A stretch of DNA of 64,000 nucleotides from Octopus vulgaris (taxonomy: Eukaryota). Position 1 is the stretch's first letter; each line of letters opens with the position of its first letter. Made by a program: the position numbers and the translations under genes. Below, piece after piece: positions 36,751-50,090 of this stretch. The notes beneath the pieces were generated by a model that was not told the origin of the DNA, did not search any database, and saw only the letters and a program-made list of their open reading frames with translations. The stretch spans positions 61,256,001 through 61,320,000 of the forward strand of contig OX597814.1 in NCBI GenBank assembly GCA_951406725.2. The letters are read 5' to 3'.

Positions 36751-37408
36751 TTTCATTTCATTTGAGTTTGAGTCCATGCTCAGGCCAAGTCGAAGACTCC
36801 ACCCTCAGAGTCTGGTGTGGTTGCCAGGTTGTATTCTCTGTTTAATTTTGACATGTGTAGGAGCGAGTTTGAGTCAGTTTGTGCTCGTTGTGTATATCCT
36901 GGGAGATGGGGTTCATCTCTAATGGTGCTTAAGTATCTATCCAGCTGCAATTTGAATGATTCCACACTGCATCCTGATAGATTTCTGACATGTACCGGAA
37001 TGGAGTTGAATAGTTGTGCTCCTCGAACCAACAGACTTGACTCTCGCAGGGTTTTTGTTGCCTGGCCAGCCTTTTTGTTGATTGGTGGTAGCTGGCAGCG
37101 TCTTCCGTGGCGCAGTGAGTGGTAGGTTTTGATACCAAAGTTTGGCCCCTTTTGCTCTATCATTTTCCAAATGTATATAATTCGGTATCGCTCAAATCTT
37201 CTTTCTATTGAGTCCATCTTCAAGGTTTTGAGTCTTTGCCAATAGTTCAGGTCCCTCGTTTCTGAGAAGTATGAGGTAAAATTTCTTTGGAGCGATTCCA
37301 TCTTAGATAGTTGGCCCTTTGTTGTTGGTGACCACAACTGAGAACAGTAGTCAATCCTCGGAAGTATCATACTGTTCCAGAGGGTTTTCATTGTTGAGGT
37401 ATCTCTTG
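36751..37408 (-). mobile_element. CR1-group LINE, 5'-truncated, uninterrupted ORF2 C-terminus
   Basis: [66 protein letters not shown]; about 30-nt UTR with (AAATG)n tail; flanked by (TA)n. Confidence 0.9.
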
Positions 37409-37430
37409 ATATATATACATATATATATAT

Positions 37431-37482
<52 letters not shown>

Positions 37483-38646
37483 CAGGTTTCTTTCAGTTTC
37501 CATCTACCAAATCCACTCAGAAGGCTGGCTATAGTAGAAGACACCTGCCCAAGGTGCCATGCAGTAAGACTGAACTTGGAACCATGTGGTTGGGCAGCAA
37601 GCTTCTTACTACACAGCCACACCTGTGCCTTATATGGTTTTCTAAAAGTCATGAAAGACATATACCAATATAGTATGGACAACTTTCATCCACCGCCAAC
37701 CTAATCTTAATAAAACACTTAAATGAAATAAAACTTGTTTTAGCAAGAGAATTCATTCATATAAAAAATATATCTATATTAATAAAATTGGTCTGGTAAG
37801 ATTGACGTGTCAGTCTGCTACAGTCACTACACCCTCCTCCTTCCTCAAATAGCCATACAAAGATTTTAGCCTCCCAATAAATAATAAATAAATGAAAAAT
37901 ATGACGCTGATTGTCTCCTAGTATCTGTGTGTGTGTGTGTGAAACAATAACTGAATGTGTACGTTGGAATCTGTATGTTTAACACAGACTGCATGTACAA
38001 TGTCTGTTGATATCTGTGTGTGTGTGTGTGTTAGTTGTTATTTGTGTATGTTTGTGTAAAAATATAAAACTGATATCTCTGCACATGTGTGTGTGCTTAT
38101 ATATGTATGCATGTGTGTATGTATAAAAGGAATAGACTGTGTGTGTACGTAACATGTGACTGTGTTTGAGTGTGTATGTGCATACGTCATTATCTGTGTA
38201 TGTTAGTGTAACAACAGGTGATTATACAATTGTCAGCTGGTATCTACTGGTGTTTGGCTTAGAAGTTAGGGTATTCGGCTCACAATCGTGAGTTCAAAAA
38301 CCAGCAGCACATTGTTATATGGTACTCCTCCAGTCCTCTCAGCTGGAAAAAGTGAGTTGTACCTGTAATTCAGAAGGGCCAGCCTTGTATATAATAATCT
38401 ATTACTTTCAAAATGGTGAATGGTGTTTATTTTATAAAGTATATTCTTATTAAATTTCATTAACCCTTCAGTATTTAAACCAGCCATATCTGGCTCAAAT
38501 ATTCTACCTGCTTTATGTTCAAACAGTCCAGATCTGTCTCTCACACTTACCCTACAATGTCATTCTAAAAATAAACAGTTACATCATCAAAATTTTGAAG
38601 CTATGAGATAATACATGATTAATTCAAAATAATGTGAATAAATATA

Positions 38647-39045
38647 GGCACAGGCATGGCTGTGTGGTAAGAAGCTTGCTTCCCAACTACATGATTCTGG
38701 GTTCAGTTCCACAGCATGGCACCTTGAGGAAGTATCTTCTACTATAGCCTTAGGCCAACCAAAGCCTTGTGAGTGGATTTGGTAGGCAGAAACTGAAAGA
38801 AGCACATCTTATTGATGTATATACTTGTGTGTTTGTGTTTGTCCCCACCCCCACCCAATCGTCACTTGACAACTGATCTTGGTTCGTTTACATCCCTGTA
38901 ACTTACCAGTTCAACAAAAGAGATCAATAGAATAAGTACTAGGCTTACAAAGAGTAAGTCCTGGGTTCTATTTCTTTGACTAAAACCCCTTAAGGTGGTG
39001 CTCCAGTATGGCCACAGTCAAATGACTAAAACAAGTAAAAGAATA
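38647..39045 (+). mobile_element. SINE family A inserted in a piggyBac-type MITE (38460-39088)
   Basis: MITE ends TTAACCCTTCAG / CTGAAGGGTTAA lie outside the SINE. Confidence 0.85.
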
Positions 39046-39982
39046 AGTATTACACTTGACAAGAGTAACCTAAAAGCTGAAGGGTTAAAGAACATCTTAT
39101 TTCATGGAGCCCCAGAAATGTTTCATGAGATCTTTTATGAAACAATATACTGGACTTATGACCAAAGACATTCCAGCTATTGTTTATGGAGTTGGTTGTG
39201 TTGGGTGTAATAATCCTTCCTACTATAGGCTCAAGGCCTGAAATATTTTAGGGGAGCAGGCTAGTCAAATAGATCAAACCCAGTGCACAACTGGTACTCA
39301 TTTCATTGACCCCAAAAAGGTAAAAGGCAAAGTTGTTCTTGGGAAAACTCAGAATGTAAAGATGAATGAAATGCCACAAAGCATTTTGTCAAGAATGCTT
39401 ACAGTTCTGCCTTTGGTAGATGTAATAATGACGACTTCTAACTTAGTAATATATTTCCCCACTAATAAATTAGAAGAAAGAATCCAAGATTATAAAAGTA
39501 AATGACCATTTAATTTGCAACTAAAATGTCAAGTGTCCATCAAATATATACACAAGTATTAAGACCCTAAAGGTCAAAAACTCAGATAATTGATTCATCA
39601 AAAATTCTGAGATAATATTTGAGTAAATAGTTATAACTATTCAAAAATTCCATATTAATTATTTGATATTAAAAAAAAAAAGAAAAAGGATATTTAAAAC
39701 AGGGGGTAGAATCCTACCTCAACCATTTGTTAATCCATACCTACATAAAACACTTATGTGCCTCATGTACTTCAAAACAAAATCAACCATGATACAAATG
39801 CAACTATTTTGCCAATTATAATTCAAGATTAGAGTGGTATTTCAAAATCCAATAAGTAGCTTAAGGGGGATTATATTGATTATGATTATTATTATTTTCA
39901 TTTTTTATATATATTTGTATTTTTGTTTTTATTATATCTTATTTATCATATTATTATTATTATCATCATCATCACCATTGTT

Positions 39983-40185
39983 AAGGCAGTGAGCTGGCAG
40001 AATTGTTTGCAAACTTAGCAGCATTTCTTCCAGCTTTAAGTTCTGACTTCAAATTCTGCCGAGGTCAACTTTGCCTTTCATCCTTTTGGGGGTCGAGAAA
40101 ATAAGTACCAGTTGAGCATTGGAGTCGATGTAATCAATTGGTCCCCTCCCCAACAATTTCAGGCCTTCTGAATATAGTAGAAAGA
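39983..40185 (+). mobile_element. SINE family B
   Basis: Similarity to 22508-22720. Confidence 0.8.
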
Positions 40186-42789
40186 ATCATCATCATTATT
40201 ATTATTATCTATTTTTTATTTACCAATTTATTTATTTATTTACCTGCAGCTTAAATAAAGTGAACAGACGACAGTATATAACTAGTATCCCATATCCCTA
40301 TACACAAAATACTATTTGTTATGAAATAATAAGCACACATGGTTACCAGTCACTCTGAACACCTTTAGATTAACAATTGCAAAGAACAATTAAAATCTGG
40401 GAGACAATGAGTGCAAGGTTTAGCAGATTTGAGACATAGCGAGGGTGGTGCAAAAAGGAGAGAAAGATATGGGAGGAGACGAAAATGAATGAGCTGAGAG
40501 AAGATGGTATACAACTAGCTAGCTCAGGGGAACAGAGGCCAATATAGTAGCAACAGAATGGGCAAAGAGAGGTATCAGCACATATATGTCAGCCAGATAT
40601 TGTAGAATGTTGGTGAGTGAATTTTTCTCAATCAGTCAGACAGCCTTCTTTTGGATATGTCTATCTACATCAAGATGAAAAATGTTCTGAACATATATCC
40701 TTTAGTATATTTTCATAAAAACATGAGCAAGAAATGTATTCTAGAATCAATTAAATCAAATATAGTTCTTGGACAGGGATGAGGCCTAACTGAAGTGAAA
40801 AGAAAGAGTCAATTAATAGATGACTGAATTGATGAATATTATTAACAGCAATATGGTATCATCTTCTAAACATAAAAGTGTTGTAAAAAGATGGCAGCAT
40901 CCCCAAAAAACTGAGATAACTAGGTCTCACTTTAATCTCTCTATAATGACATACCAAGATAGATGCAGTAGGCTGGATCTAGAAGGTGTTGACCTACCAG
41001 TTAAAGAATTCATTATCATTATTTTACATCTGCTTCTATGCTGGTATGGGCTGGATGAGAAATTACCAGCTCATATCCATCATTTGTTCCAGTCCATAAG
41101 GAATGCACAGTCACATGATTAAGGAAGCTTCTATATAGCTACAATAAAATGATGAAATGACTATGGCTACATCTTTGGACATAGATCTGCTTGATCTGGA
41201 CTGGCCTGGAGTTAAACAAAATCATCAGCATTGACACTATTTCACTGACAGGTATTTTATCTGCTTATGGTACTAAGCTCAATGGTACAACTTCTCATAG
41301 GTATAGCATGAAGAATGATAAGCTCTAGTATGGTGTCTACCCCAAGATAAACTATTTGATAAATCTTCAGTAATGCTTCAACATGCCAGTAGATTATGAC
41401 ATTTTGATACCATTTAATGACGTAAGTAAAACTTTTCTTAAAGAGATACAAAATTTAATATCAAAAGACATTGATAACAAAGAATTTAAAAACCACCACA
41501 AATATTGATAATCATAAACACTAAAAACAAATCTTGGGAGAGTAAAAATATACATTATCAATAACATTCATTCTTCATGCTGGTAAAGATGGATAGGTCT
41601 ACCATAGATATTACTGCTACTTGTTCTCTTTTCACAGAAACCTGACCTGAAATTTTAACAACTAACCACCTCATCTCATGTCTTCTTCAATCTTTCTCTG
41701 CCTGAAGGACTTTCCATGAACACACATTTCTTAACCCAGCCATCATATGACCATACTACCAGTCACCTTTCCTACATGCAGGTACATAATGACTTCAATA
41801 TTCAGCTAGTGTCTACCAACAATGTCAGAAACATGATTTATTGGATTTGTAATACCCAACAAATCATGCTACCTTCATTTTTCCTTAATCTCAACAGATC
41901 TCCCACAATCAGTACCCTAGTCTCCTTATCAAACAGCAGACAGGCACAGATGTTAATGACATGATTAATGCTAATACACCTGATAACAGCAGATGTAGAA
42001 TAACCCTAAAAGTTGTGCTATAAATAAAGTATTACGTTTTGGAACATAATGGTCTAGATTAGAAAAAGTTATAATATTCTCTAGTTTAGTGTTCTGTTTT
42101 TACCAAGAACAAAATATTAAGCAGTTGACAGTCCATCCCTTCAGTATCAGTAATAAACTAGGGCTCCATACATCCTTCTTATAATTACAAAGGCTTTGGT
42201 ATTTAGATCAACAAACATGTTCAATGCTGTGTTAGTTTATATACTAACAGCAGTAATGTAACAGAAAATAATTCTTCAATCTTTATCTAATCTATAAACA
42301 AGAACTTTTCTCTCTTCTTCAAAACCAACTTTGCCATAACTTTGCATTGCTTCCTAGATGTAATCTTTGCTACATTACAAGGATTTTTTTTAAAATTCCC
42401 AAATGCACACATACTTCTTTTTAGAAGTAATGTCTGTTAACCCTAATAAATTCTAATAAAGAAAACTCATAATTCAGGAATAACTAATCAAATAATTGGT
42501 GGTAACTCACAAACTTAACATGCAAAACACTAACTCTTTAGCATTCAGATTACTCTGTCAAATGTAATGCTTATATTTGTCCACATTGTTTTCAGTTAAT
42601 CATGCATTATCTCATGGCTTAGAATGACATTGTAAGGCTTGTGCAAGAGACTGGATCTGGCCAGTTTAAACATAAAACAGGTAGAATATTTTTGCTAGAT
42701 AGGGCCAGTTTAAATGCTAAAGAGTTAGATGATATGCATTTTATTGATACAAGGATGGGGGCAAAAGACTTTGAAGTTAGAATTAAAGT

Positions 42790-43232
42790 TCTGCCACGTC
42801 CAGAGACGTGCAACCAAACACATACCCTCCATCAGACACCTACCATATTCTGAGCGCCTTGTTTCCCTGGGCATGGATTCACTGAAGCTCCGGCGTCTGG
42901 CGACAGACTTGGTAAACACCCACAAAGTTATCAACCACCTCACCAACAACAACACTGAACACCTTTTTGATCTCCATGTGTCTAACACACGTGACATGCC
43001 TACAAAGTCAGAAAACAACACAGCTCCCATGACTTTCGGAAACATTTTTTCACGCTCAGAGTTGCTGAAGCATGGAATAAACTGCCTGCGTCAGTTGTTG
43101 ACTGCCATGACACTGCATCCTTTAAGGCCCTCATGCTTTCCGAAATCCGCCGAAACTACACCTGATTATATATACACTTTAGATGAGTTGTAGTGCACCT
43201 GAGCACTGTACACAATTATTATTATTATTATT
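42790..43232 (+). mobile_element. CR1 LINE 3' end, frameshifted
   Basis: VQRRATKHIPSIRHLPYSERLVSLGMDSLKLRRL..DL, then FFTLRVAEAWNKLP in the next frame; (ATT)n tail. Confidence 0.88.
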
Positions 43233-44536
43233 ATATTATTTAAATGCTGAATTATACTTGCTACAATTTATTATGTACTTGAAGAATATATATTACACAT
43301 TCCACATTTGAGTAGAGTTAAGAAGGATATAAATATATGTTTGGGCCAATGAATGAATGAGTTACTACAATAATGGTAGAAGAGGTACTATGAGTGAAGT
43401 GGTACAATGAGTGAAGTGGTACTATGAAATCAGGCCCTGTCACCAGACTTTAGCATGTTGGAGTGTTTCAAAATATTCTGAGTGGGCACTAATTTGTAAT
43501 AATGCTGAAGTGGAGTTTTGAAATAAGTGAATCACTGAAAATCTAAGGGTGCACCATTGAATAGACAGGGAGAACAGTGCCCTCCAGTGTATCCCCCACT
43601 TAGCAATGGCCATGTATGAGGTGATGGGAGAGGATATACACAATAAAGAATACACATGGTTCTCACAAGTGAGGTAACATAGGATCAAGATGCACTGGAA
43701 GTTAAGAAATTGCAGACCCATCTAACCTACATTAGCACAGAGAAAAAACCAAATATCACAGTAATAATGATAATGCCAATGTTATTGCTACTGTTGTTTA
43801 GTCCCAAGTCTATGATCAAAAGCCTTCTAGTTGTGACCATCACATCTTTTAATCAAATACAGTGCATCCGAGACCAAATTACCAAAACCATTCTTCTTTA
43901 AGACAGAAGGGTGTGATTTGAGGGAGGTTTAGCTGCTTTCTATTGTAGCTCAGAAGACTGTGTAGAGTCAGTAGTGATTGTCATATAATCATTATTGTAA
44001 GTTTCCCTCCCAATTCAAAGCTGAATAGATTTGTAACACTTTAGCTCTCATAAGGTCTATCTTAAGTGCATATATATATTTGGTCTATCTCCAAATTAAG
44101 TTAGACCAACAGCAAATAACCACATACTATACTCCCTATAATGCACATTTAGTTTCAGTTTAACTTCTGTATTTTCCCAGGCAATTAAATACACATCATA
44201 ATTAATTTTTCACTGCAGTTTTATCAGCCAAATCTTATCACATGTTCCGAATTCCACAAAATTTACATTCAAAGAAAGAATCATTTAATCATTTCAAAGG
44301 TTAAAAGTATTGCTACTGGTATATTCCTTTATCAAAGCATTGTATTCATGCAACACTAAAACAAAATTTTACATTCAACACAAGGCAAATATGACAATAA
44401 AAACAATGCATTTTTATTGTGTGTGTGTGTGTACATTTTTGGGGGGTTTTGTTTCAGACACATTTTTGTATCAGGGTAAGGATGAGAGGTGGAGGGAGAG
44501 TATTGTTAGGAATTTTAAAAATATGTTTCTACATAC

Positions 44537-44703
44537 GTCTGAATGGCATTCAAACCAGCAGCTTTCATTTTAGACAATCTGTCGTGCCAATAGTAGTTAG
44601 GTGTACGGAAGTAATGCATACTGCCAGACACATATTTAAATGGCTTGCCATCTTTAACAAAGGTGTTGTGCTCGTAATCGATTGTAAATGAACGATTTGA
44701 TGA
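44537..44703 (-). CDS. GLB1: GLB1-like exon 2 (167 nt) [55 protein letters not shown](T)
   Basis: gtctcgttttag acceptor, GTATGT donor; translation matches the GH35 N-terminus; NRS sequon. Confidence 0.97.
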
Positions 44704-46011
44704 CTAAAACGAGACAAATAAATAAGAATAATCAGCATTTATTTAACGAACGGACTTAGAACAAGTTTTAGAAAATCAGGATTGGATTCACACTTAACAA
44801 ATTGGATTATCTGTTCATTGTTTCGAGTTTTTCTTTGGTTATTTTCAGAAACAGTGTAACCCAAGAGTACATTATATAAAATGCCCTTTATTTAAAACAA
44901 CAAAGGTGATTTGACTGTAATTCCTAGTACAATGTGTGTGTGTGTTCATGTGTGTATGCGTGCATATGTGCACACATGTGTGCATGTGTGTTACTACCAT
45001 TATTTAACATCATCTGTGTTTCAAGCTGACATGAGTTGGAAAGTTGAACAAGATCCTACAAGGCAGAGGAATGTATAATGCTCCAATGTCTGCTTAGGCA
45101 TGGCTTCTTATTTTCATATTTAATGCATTTGTGTACATTTGGATGTAGAAAAACCTTTTGCAGTTGAAATATTGGTTTCAAATTTTGGCACAAGGCCAGC
45201 AATTCCAGGAAGTGGGCAAGTCAATCATATCGACCCCAGCACTCAACTGGTATTTATTTTATCCACCCCAAATGGATAAAAGGCAAAGTCGACCTCAGCA
45301 GTATCTGAATTCAAAATGTAAAGACAGATTAAATGCCATTAAGCATTTGCTCAGTGTGATGAGGATTCTGTCAGATAGCCACCTTTTGCCATTGAAATAT
45401 TCTCAAGAGAAATTATTCCTCATAGACAATACATGTGAAAACACACTGAGCTGTGAATGACATCCGTAGATCTTAGGATACATGTGTTTCTGCATTATGG
45501 CACAACATATTAAAAATGACTGTATTTGTGCATTTTTTATTCAACACTGCTTTCTGCAACTCTAGTTTTGTTTATTCCAGCTTAACCATGCCTTACACAA
45601 TTCAGCAAATATACTATCTAATATTCTTATATATATAAACTATTGTTCTTATAGGACTGTGAAAGACAGATTCTGTATTCATAGCTGACGATGTGCAAGA
45701 GCACAGAAATGCATGTGTCCTACAATCTAATGACAACATTCACCGCTCAATAAGTTTCCACACATATTGTTTCTTAGGAGAAATTTCTCCTAAGAATATT
45801 TCAGCAACGAAAGGCCTTCCCACACTTAAATATACACAAAACATGTTAAATCTAGCTGTATATGCTTATATATGTGTGTTATAAGCAGTTTGCTTCCCAA
45901 CCAAATAGTTTCTGGTTCAATCCCACCGTATGGCACTTTAGACAAGTATCTTTTAATATAGCGGCTGGCTGGTCAACTGAAACTGAAAGCAACCCATCAC
46001 ATATATATATA

Positions 46012-46519
46012 CCGTAAATGCTCGAGTATAATCGGCATTTTTTTCCCAAAATTTAAAGTCAAAATCTCTAGTGCGTACTATATATGACGTTAAAAATGAT
46101 AATTAGTTTCTAAACAATGTCCGTGTCTCTATTTGCTGTCCAGCAATGTTTATTCAGACGCATTTTGTGATGCCGGGCACGAAAATACCTTCAGCTAAGC
46201 CTGAAAGCAATGAACACATAAAAGAATAATCCATAACTTACAGTAAGCAACATTTATTAAACGTTATAACTGTTATTTCTTTATTTTCTGCAAACAAAAT
46301 GCACAAAAAAGCTACACGTTTGCATTATGTTATATGTACAATAATAATAAAGAACGTTACCATATATTTTTACAAACCTAGGACGTTATATAGACCTCCT
46401 TGACTCAAGTTAGAGAAGGGGTGCATATTATACACAAAGTTTAGGTTTTTCAGAGGTACAGTCCCCTAAAAATCCCCTGCATATTATACTGAAGAGCAGG
46501 CTATACTCGAGGATTTGTG

Positions 46520-46520
<1 letters not shown>
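46012..46520. mobile_element. Tc1/pogo-type MITE inserted in the microsatellite of a SINE
   Basis: TIRs CCGTAAATGCTCGAGTATA / TATACTCGAGGATTTGTGG, TA context. Confidence 0.75.
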
Positions 46521-46522
<2 letters not shown>

Positions 46523-46556
<34 letters not shown>

Positions 46557-46876
46557 CACACATACACATACATATATACATATATATATATACACATATA
46601 CATATATATATACATATACATAAATATATATACATATATATATACATATATATATATATACATATATATACATACATATATATATACACACATATATACA
46701 TACATATATATATACACACATATATATATACACACATATATATACATATATATATATACACACATATATATACATATATATATATACACACATATATATA
46801 CATATATATACATACATATACATACATATATATACATATACACACACACACACACACACATACACACACACACACA
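46523..46876. repeat. (TA/CA)n compound microsatellite
   Basis: Direct reading. Confidence 0.95.
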
Positions 46877-46894
46877 TGCAATAAAATGTATTTG

Positions 46895-47051
46895 CCAACA
46901 TAAACTGGCAGTCCTGATTAGGATGATGTTACTACTTTGTTCAAGGTATAAGGACACAGTTGTGTGTTGGCAGCCAAACGGAAATGATGTTTTCCTTGAA
47001 TTAAAAAAAGGTAATAACATCATCCTGATCAGGACTGCCAATTCACGTTGG
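46895..47051. repeat. About 50-bp imperfect inverted repeat with 47-nt spacer
   Basis: CCAACATAAACTGGCAGTCCTGATTAGGATGATGTTACTAC..TTCAAGG versus the reverse complement of 46994-47051. Confidence 0.9.
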
Positions 47052-47465
47052 AAACAGAGTTTACTCTGTAATACAGTTACTACTTACTTCTCACTCAGAT
47101 ATTTAAAACTGTTTTCCGCTTTTTGTGTGTGTGTGTGTGTGCGTTTGTTTTTGTGTCTGTGTTTGTCCCACCACTACTTGACAACTAGTGTTGATGTGTT
47201 TACTTCCTTGTAACTTAACGATTTGACAAAAAGAAACCAATAGAATAAGCATCAGGCCTACAAAATAAGTACTGGAGTTAATTCATTCAACTAAAAATTC
47301 CAAGTCGTATCCCAGCATGGCTACAGTCTAATGACTGAAACAAGTAAAAGATATAATTATATAAATAGTTACTCCAAACATGAACAAAGAGAAAACACAA
47401 CAACGCGAGGATGTGGAACAAGTATAGTGTTAGTGGATACTCAGGGAAGGAAAGAAAGAAGGAGG

Positions 47466-47500
47466 ATTTAACGTTTCGAGCGGAGCTCTTTATCAGGAAC
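47466..47500 (-). ncRNA. Second minimal hammerhead motif, core-mutated, in a probable Penelope pLTR (about 47375-47560)
   Basis: Minus strand CTGATAA-a-GAGC-tcc-GCTC-GAAACGTT; palindromic AACGTT stem III; G8 position reads A. Confidence 0.55.
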
Positions 47501-47565
47501 ATAGAAAAAGGAAAAGTCCAAGGAAGGGAAGACGGAGAAAGAAAATCGCCAACAATACACGATTA

Positions 47566-47606
<41 letters not shown>

Positions 47607-47959
47607 TCATCATCATCATTTAGTGTCTGTTTTCCATGTTACTATGGATAAAACAGTTTGACTGGTGCTGGCAAGCCAGAGAGTTGCACCAGATTCCAGT
47701 CTGTTCCAACTTAGTTTCTAAAACTGGATACCCTTCTTAATAGCAACTACTCCACAGAGTGTACTGGGTACCTGTCACATGTCATTAGCATGGGTGCCTT
47801 TTACATGTCACCAGAACAAGTACCTTCTTCATTTCACTGGTACAAGTGCCTTTTATGTGTCACCAAAATGGGTGCATTAATGTGTCACTGGCACAGGTGC
47901 CTTCTATATGTCTCTGGCAGGTGTCTACTGGCAAAGGTGTCTTTTATATGTCACCATAC

Positions 47960-48004
<45 letters not shown>

Positions 48005-49224
48005 AATGAGTGTAACAGTAGAGATCCAGGTGTCACTACATATACTGCATGAATATCATTTGGTTGGTACTTCTGCACCAAGTTTGATATTTACATAATA
48101 TTGCTGTGTGTGCATATTATTTCAACCCAAGGAGGTTGAAATTTAAGAACCTAATTCAACTGAACCTTAGTTTTATATATATATATATATGTTGGTTGTG
48201 TGTTACTGTTACTTTGCTTTGACATCACATGTTAGTTGTAAGCTAGTGTCACTATCATGCAAACATTTATTTCCAGTCTTCCAGGAAAACATGTCTGGAC
48301 ATGGGAAATATTATCTTACTTGGAAATAAGGATTGGTGAAAGCAAGGGCATCCAGCAGTAGAAAAACTACTTTAACAAATTCCATCTGACCCATGTGACC
48401 ATGGAAAAGTGGATACTAAAATAATGGTGTGTGTGTGTGTGTGTTTGGGTGGGTGAGGGTGTGGTGTGTGTGTGTATGTATGCATATTTGTGGGTGTGAG
48501 AGAGAGAGAGTGTGTGTGTGTGTGTGTGTGTGTGTGCATGTAGGGGTGAGTGTGTGTGTTTGTGGGGGATGGTGAAAGTGTGTGTGCATGTAGGGGTGGG
48601 TGGGTGTGTTTGTGGGGGATGGTGAAAGTGTGTGTGTGTGTGTGTAATTTAGGGAGTGATTTTGAAATATTACTGCAGTGTCAGATAAAATGCCATTTTC
48701 CCTCTGTATTTCAATTGCACCAAACTTGATTCGGCCTTTCATTATTTCATTTATTCAGGTTCAATAAAATTAACACAAGTACTCAGGTTGACCTAATCAA
48801 CTGTTTTCTCACTGCTGAAGAAATCAATAGGGTTAGTCATTTTTTGATGAGTAACACAAATAAGAAGTCAGGAAATTAGCCACACTAATTTGTAAATGAA
48901 TACATAGCAATTTTATATATACATGATGGACTCTCCCACTGAAGATGACATATGGATATTCATCTTTTGCCAAATGACCTACACAAATGAATTATTTATA
49001 GAGATCAAATGTATATGCTGTACGTTAGCTCACTCCCTCCATCAAATTAACATTATCTGAACTGGTGCATGGTATACCATGCACCAGGTGTCAAAGTGAT
49101 CTCACAGAAACGTGAGATGATGTTTTGCCCAGAACACAATGCACCACCTGGTCTAGGGATTGAAATCACAATCTCATGGTTCTGAGTGCAACATCCCAAT
49201 CACTAAGCCATGAATCCTCACATG

Positions 49225-50082
49225 TACAGGATACATTGAATATATTGTCGTCTAAATTACACAAAAATGACAATGACACTGACATCTCATTTTAACAGAT
49301 ATATTTACCAAAATTACTTTAAAATATCTTGAAATACTAAAGAGTAAATTTATACAATAAAATTGCCATACTATTTTCAACCACGGCCTCCAGATGACTT
49401 TGGAATCCCCTGCAACTCTTCTGGTGAATGCTGCCTTAATCCTTGCTTTCAGTTCATCTTTGGTGTTGCAAAAAGTTTTGTTGGTCTCTCGCTCAACTTC
49501 ACCTCACGCATAATAATCAAGGGGTTTACAGTCTGGGAAGTTAGGTGGCCAGATGTTAGGGTTGGTGTGGTCACAGAAATTGTCTGACAGCCATAGCTGG
49601 GTTCTCCTGCTTGTGTGGCATGGTGTAGAGTCCTGTTGCCAGACATAGGGTCTTCCAGCAGCCACCCTCTTAAGCCAGGGCAACACTACCTCCTCCAGGC
49701 ACTCGATGTAGGCCTCCATGTTCAGCCTGAGGCTGTGTGAGAAGATGAATGGAAGCATAATGTCACCATCACTAGTGATCACTCCAAACACAATGATTTT
49801 GACTGGATGCTTGATTTTTATCACTCTCAGTACATGCACTATTCTCAGATTGGCACCCAAACACTCTGAAATGTTCATATTGGAGCATCCGATGTGACTG
49901 CCAAGCAGTAGAGCATGTCGTTTCCAAAGTTCTGGCAGAGTGAATTGTGTTATGGTGTTGTTTTTCTCACAGACAGTAACCAACTGACCCTACTATACTG
50001 TGTAGACAACAAAATCAAAAGCAATGCGCATGTGCAAAATTAAAAGTATAAAATGGTGATAAGTTACCCATCACACCCTGCA
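49225..50082 (-). mobile_element. Tc1/mariner (maT/DD37D-like) deletion derivative
   Basis: KHPVKIIVFGVITSDG, VWQQDSTPCH, WPPNFPDCKPLDYY. Confidence 0.85.
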
Positions 50083-50090
50083 TATATATA

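Noticed and set aside
36780-37682. 300-aa ORF as a host gene
   Set aside because: SINE plus (TA)n read-through into a truncated CR1 ORF2.
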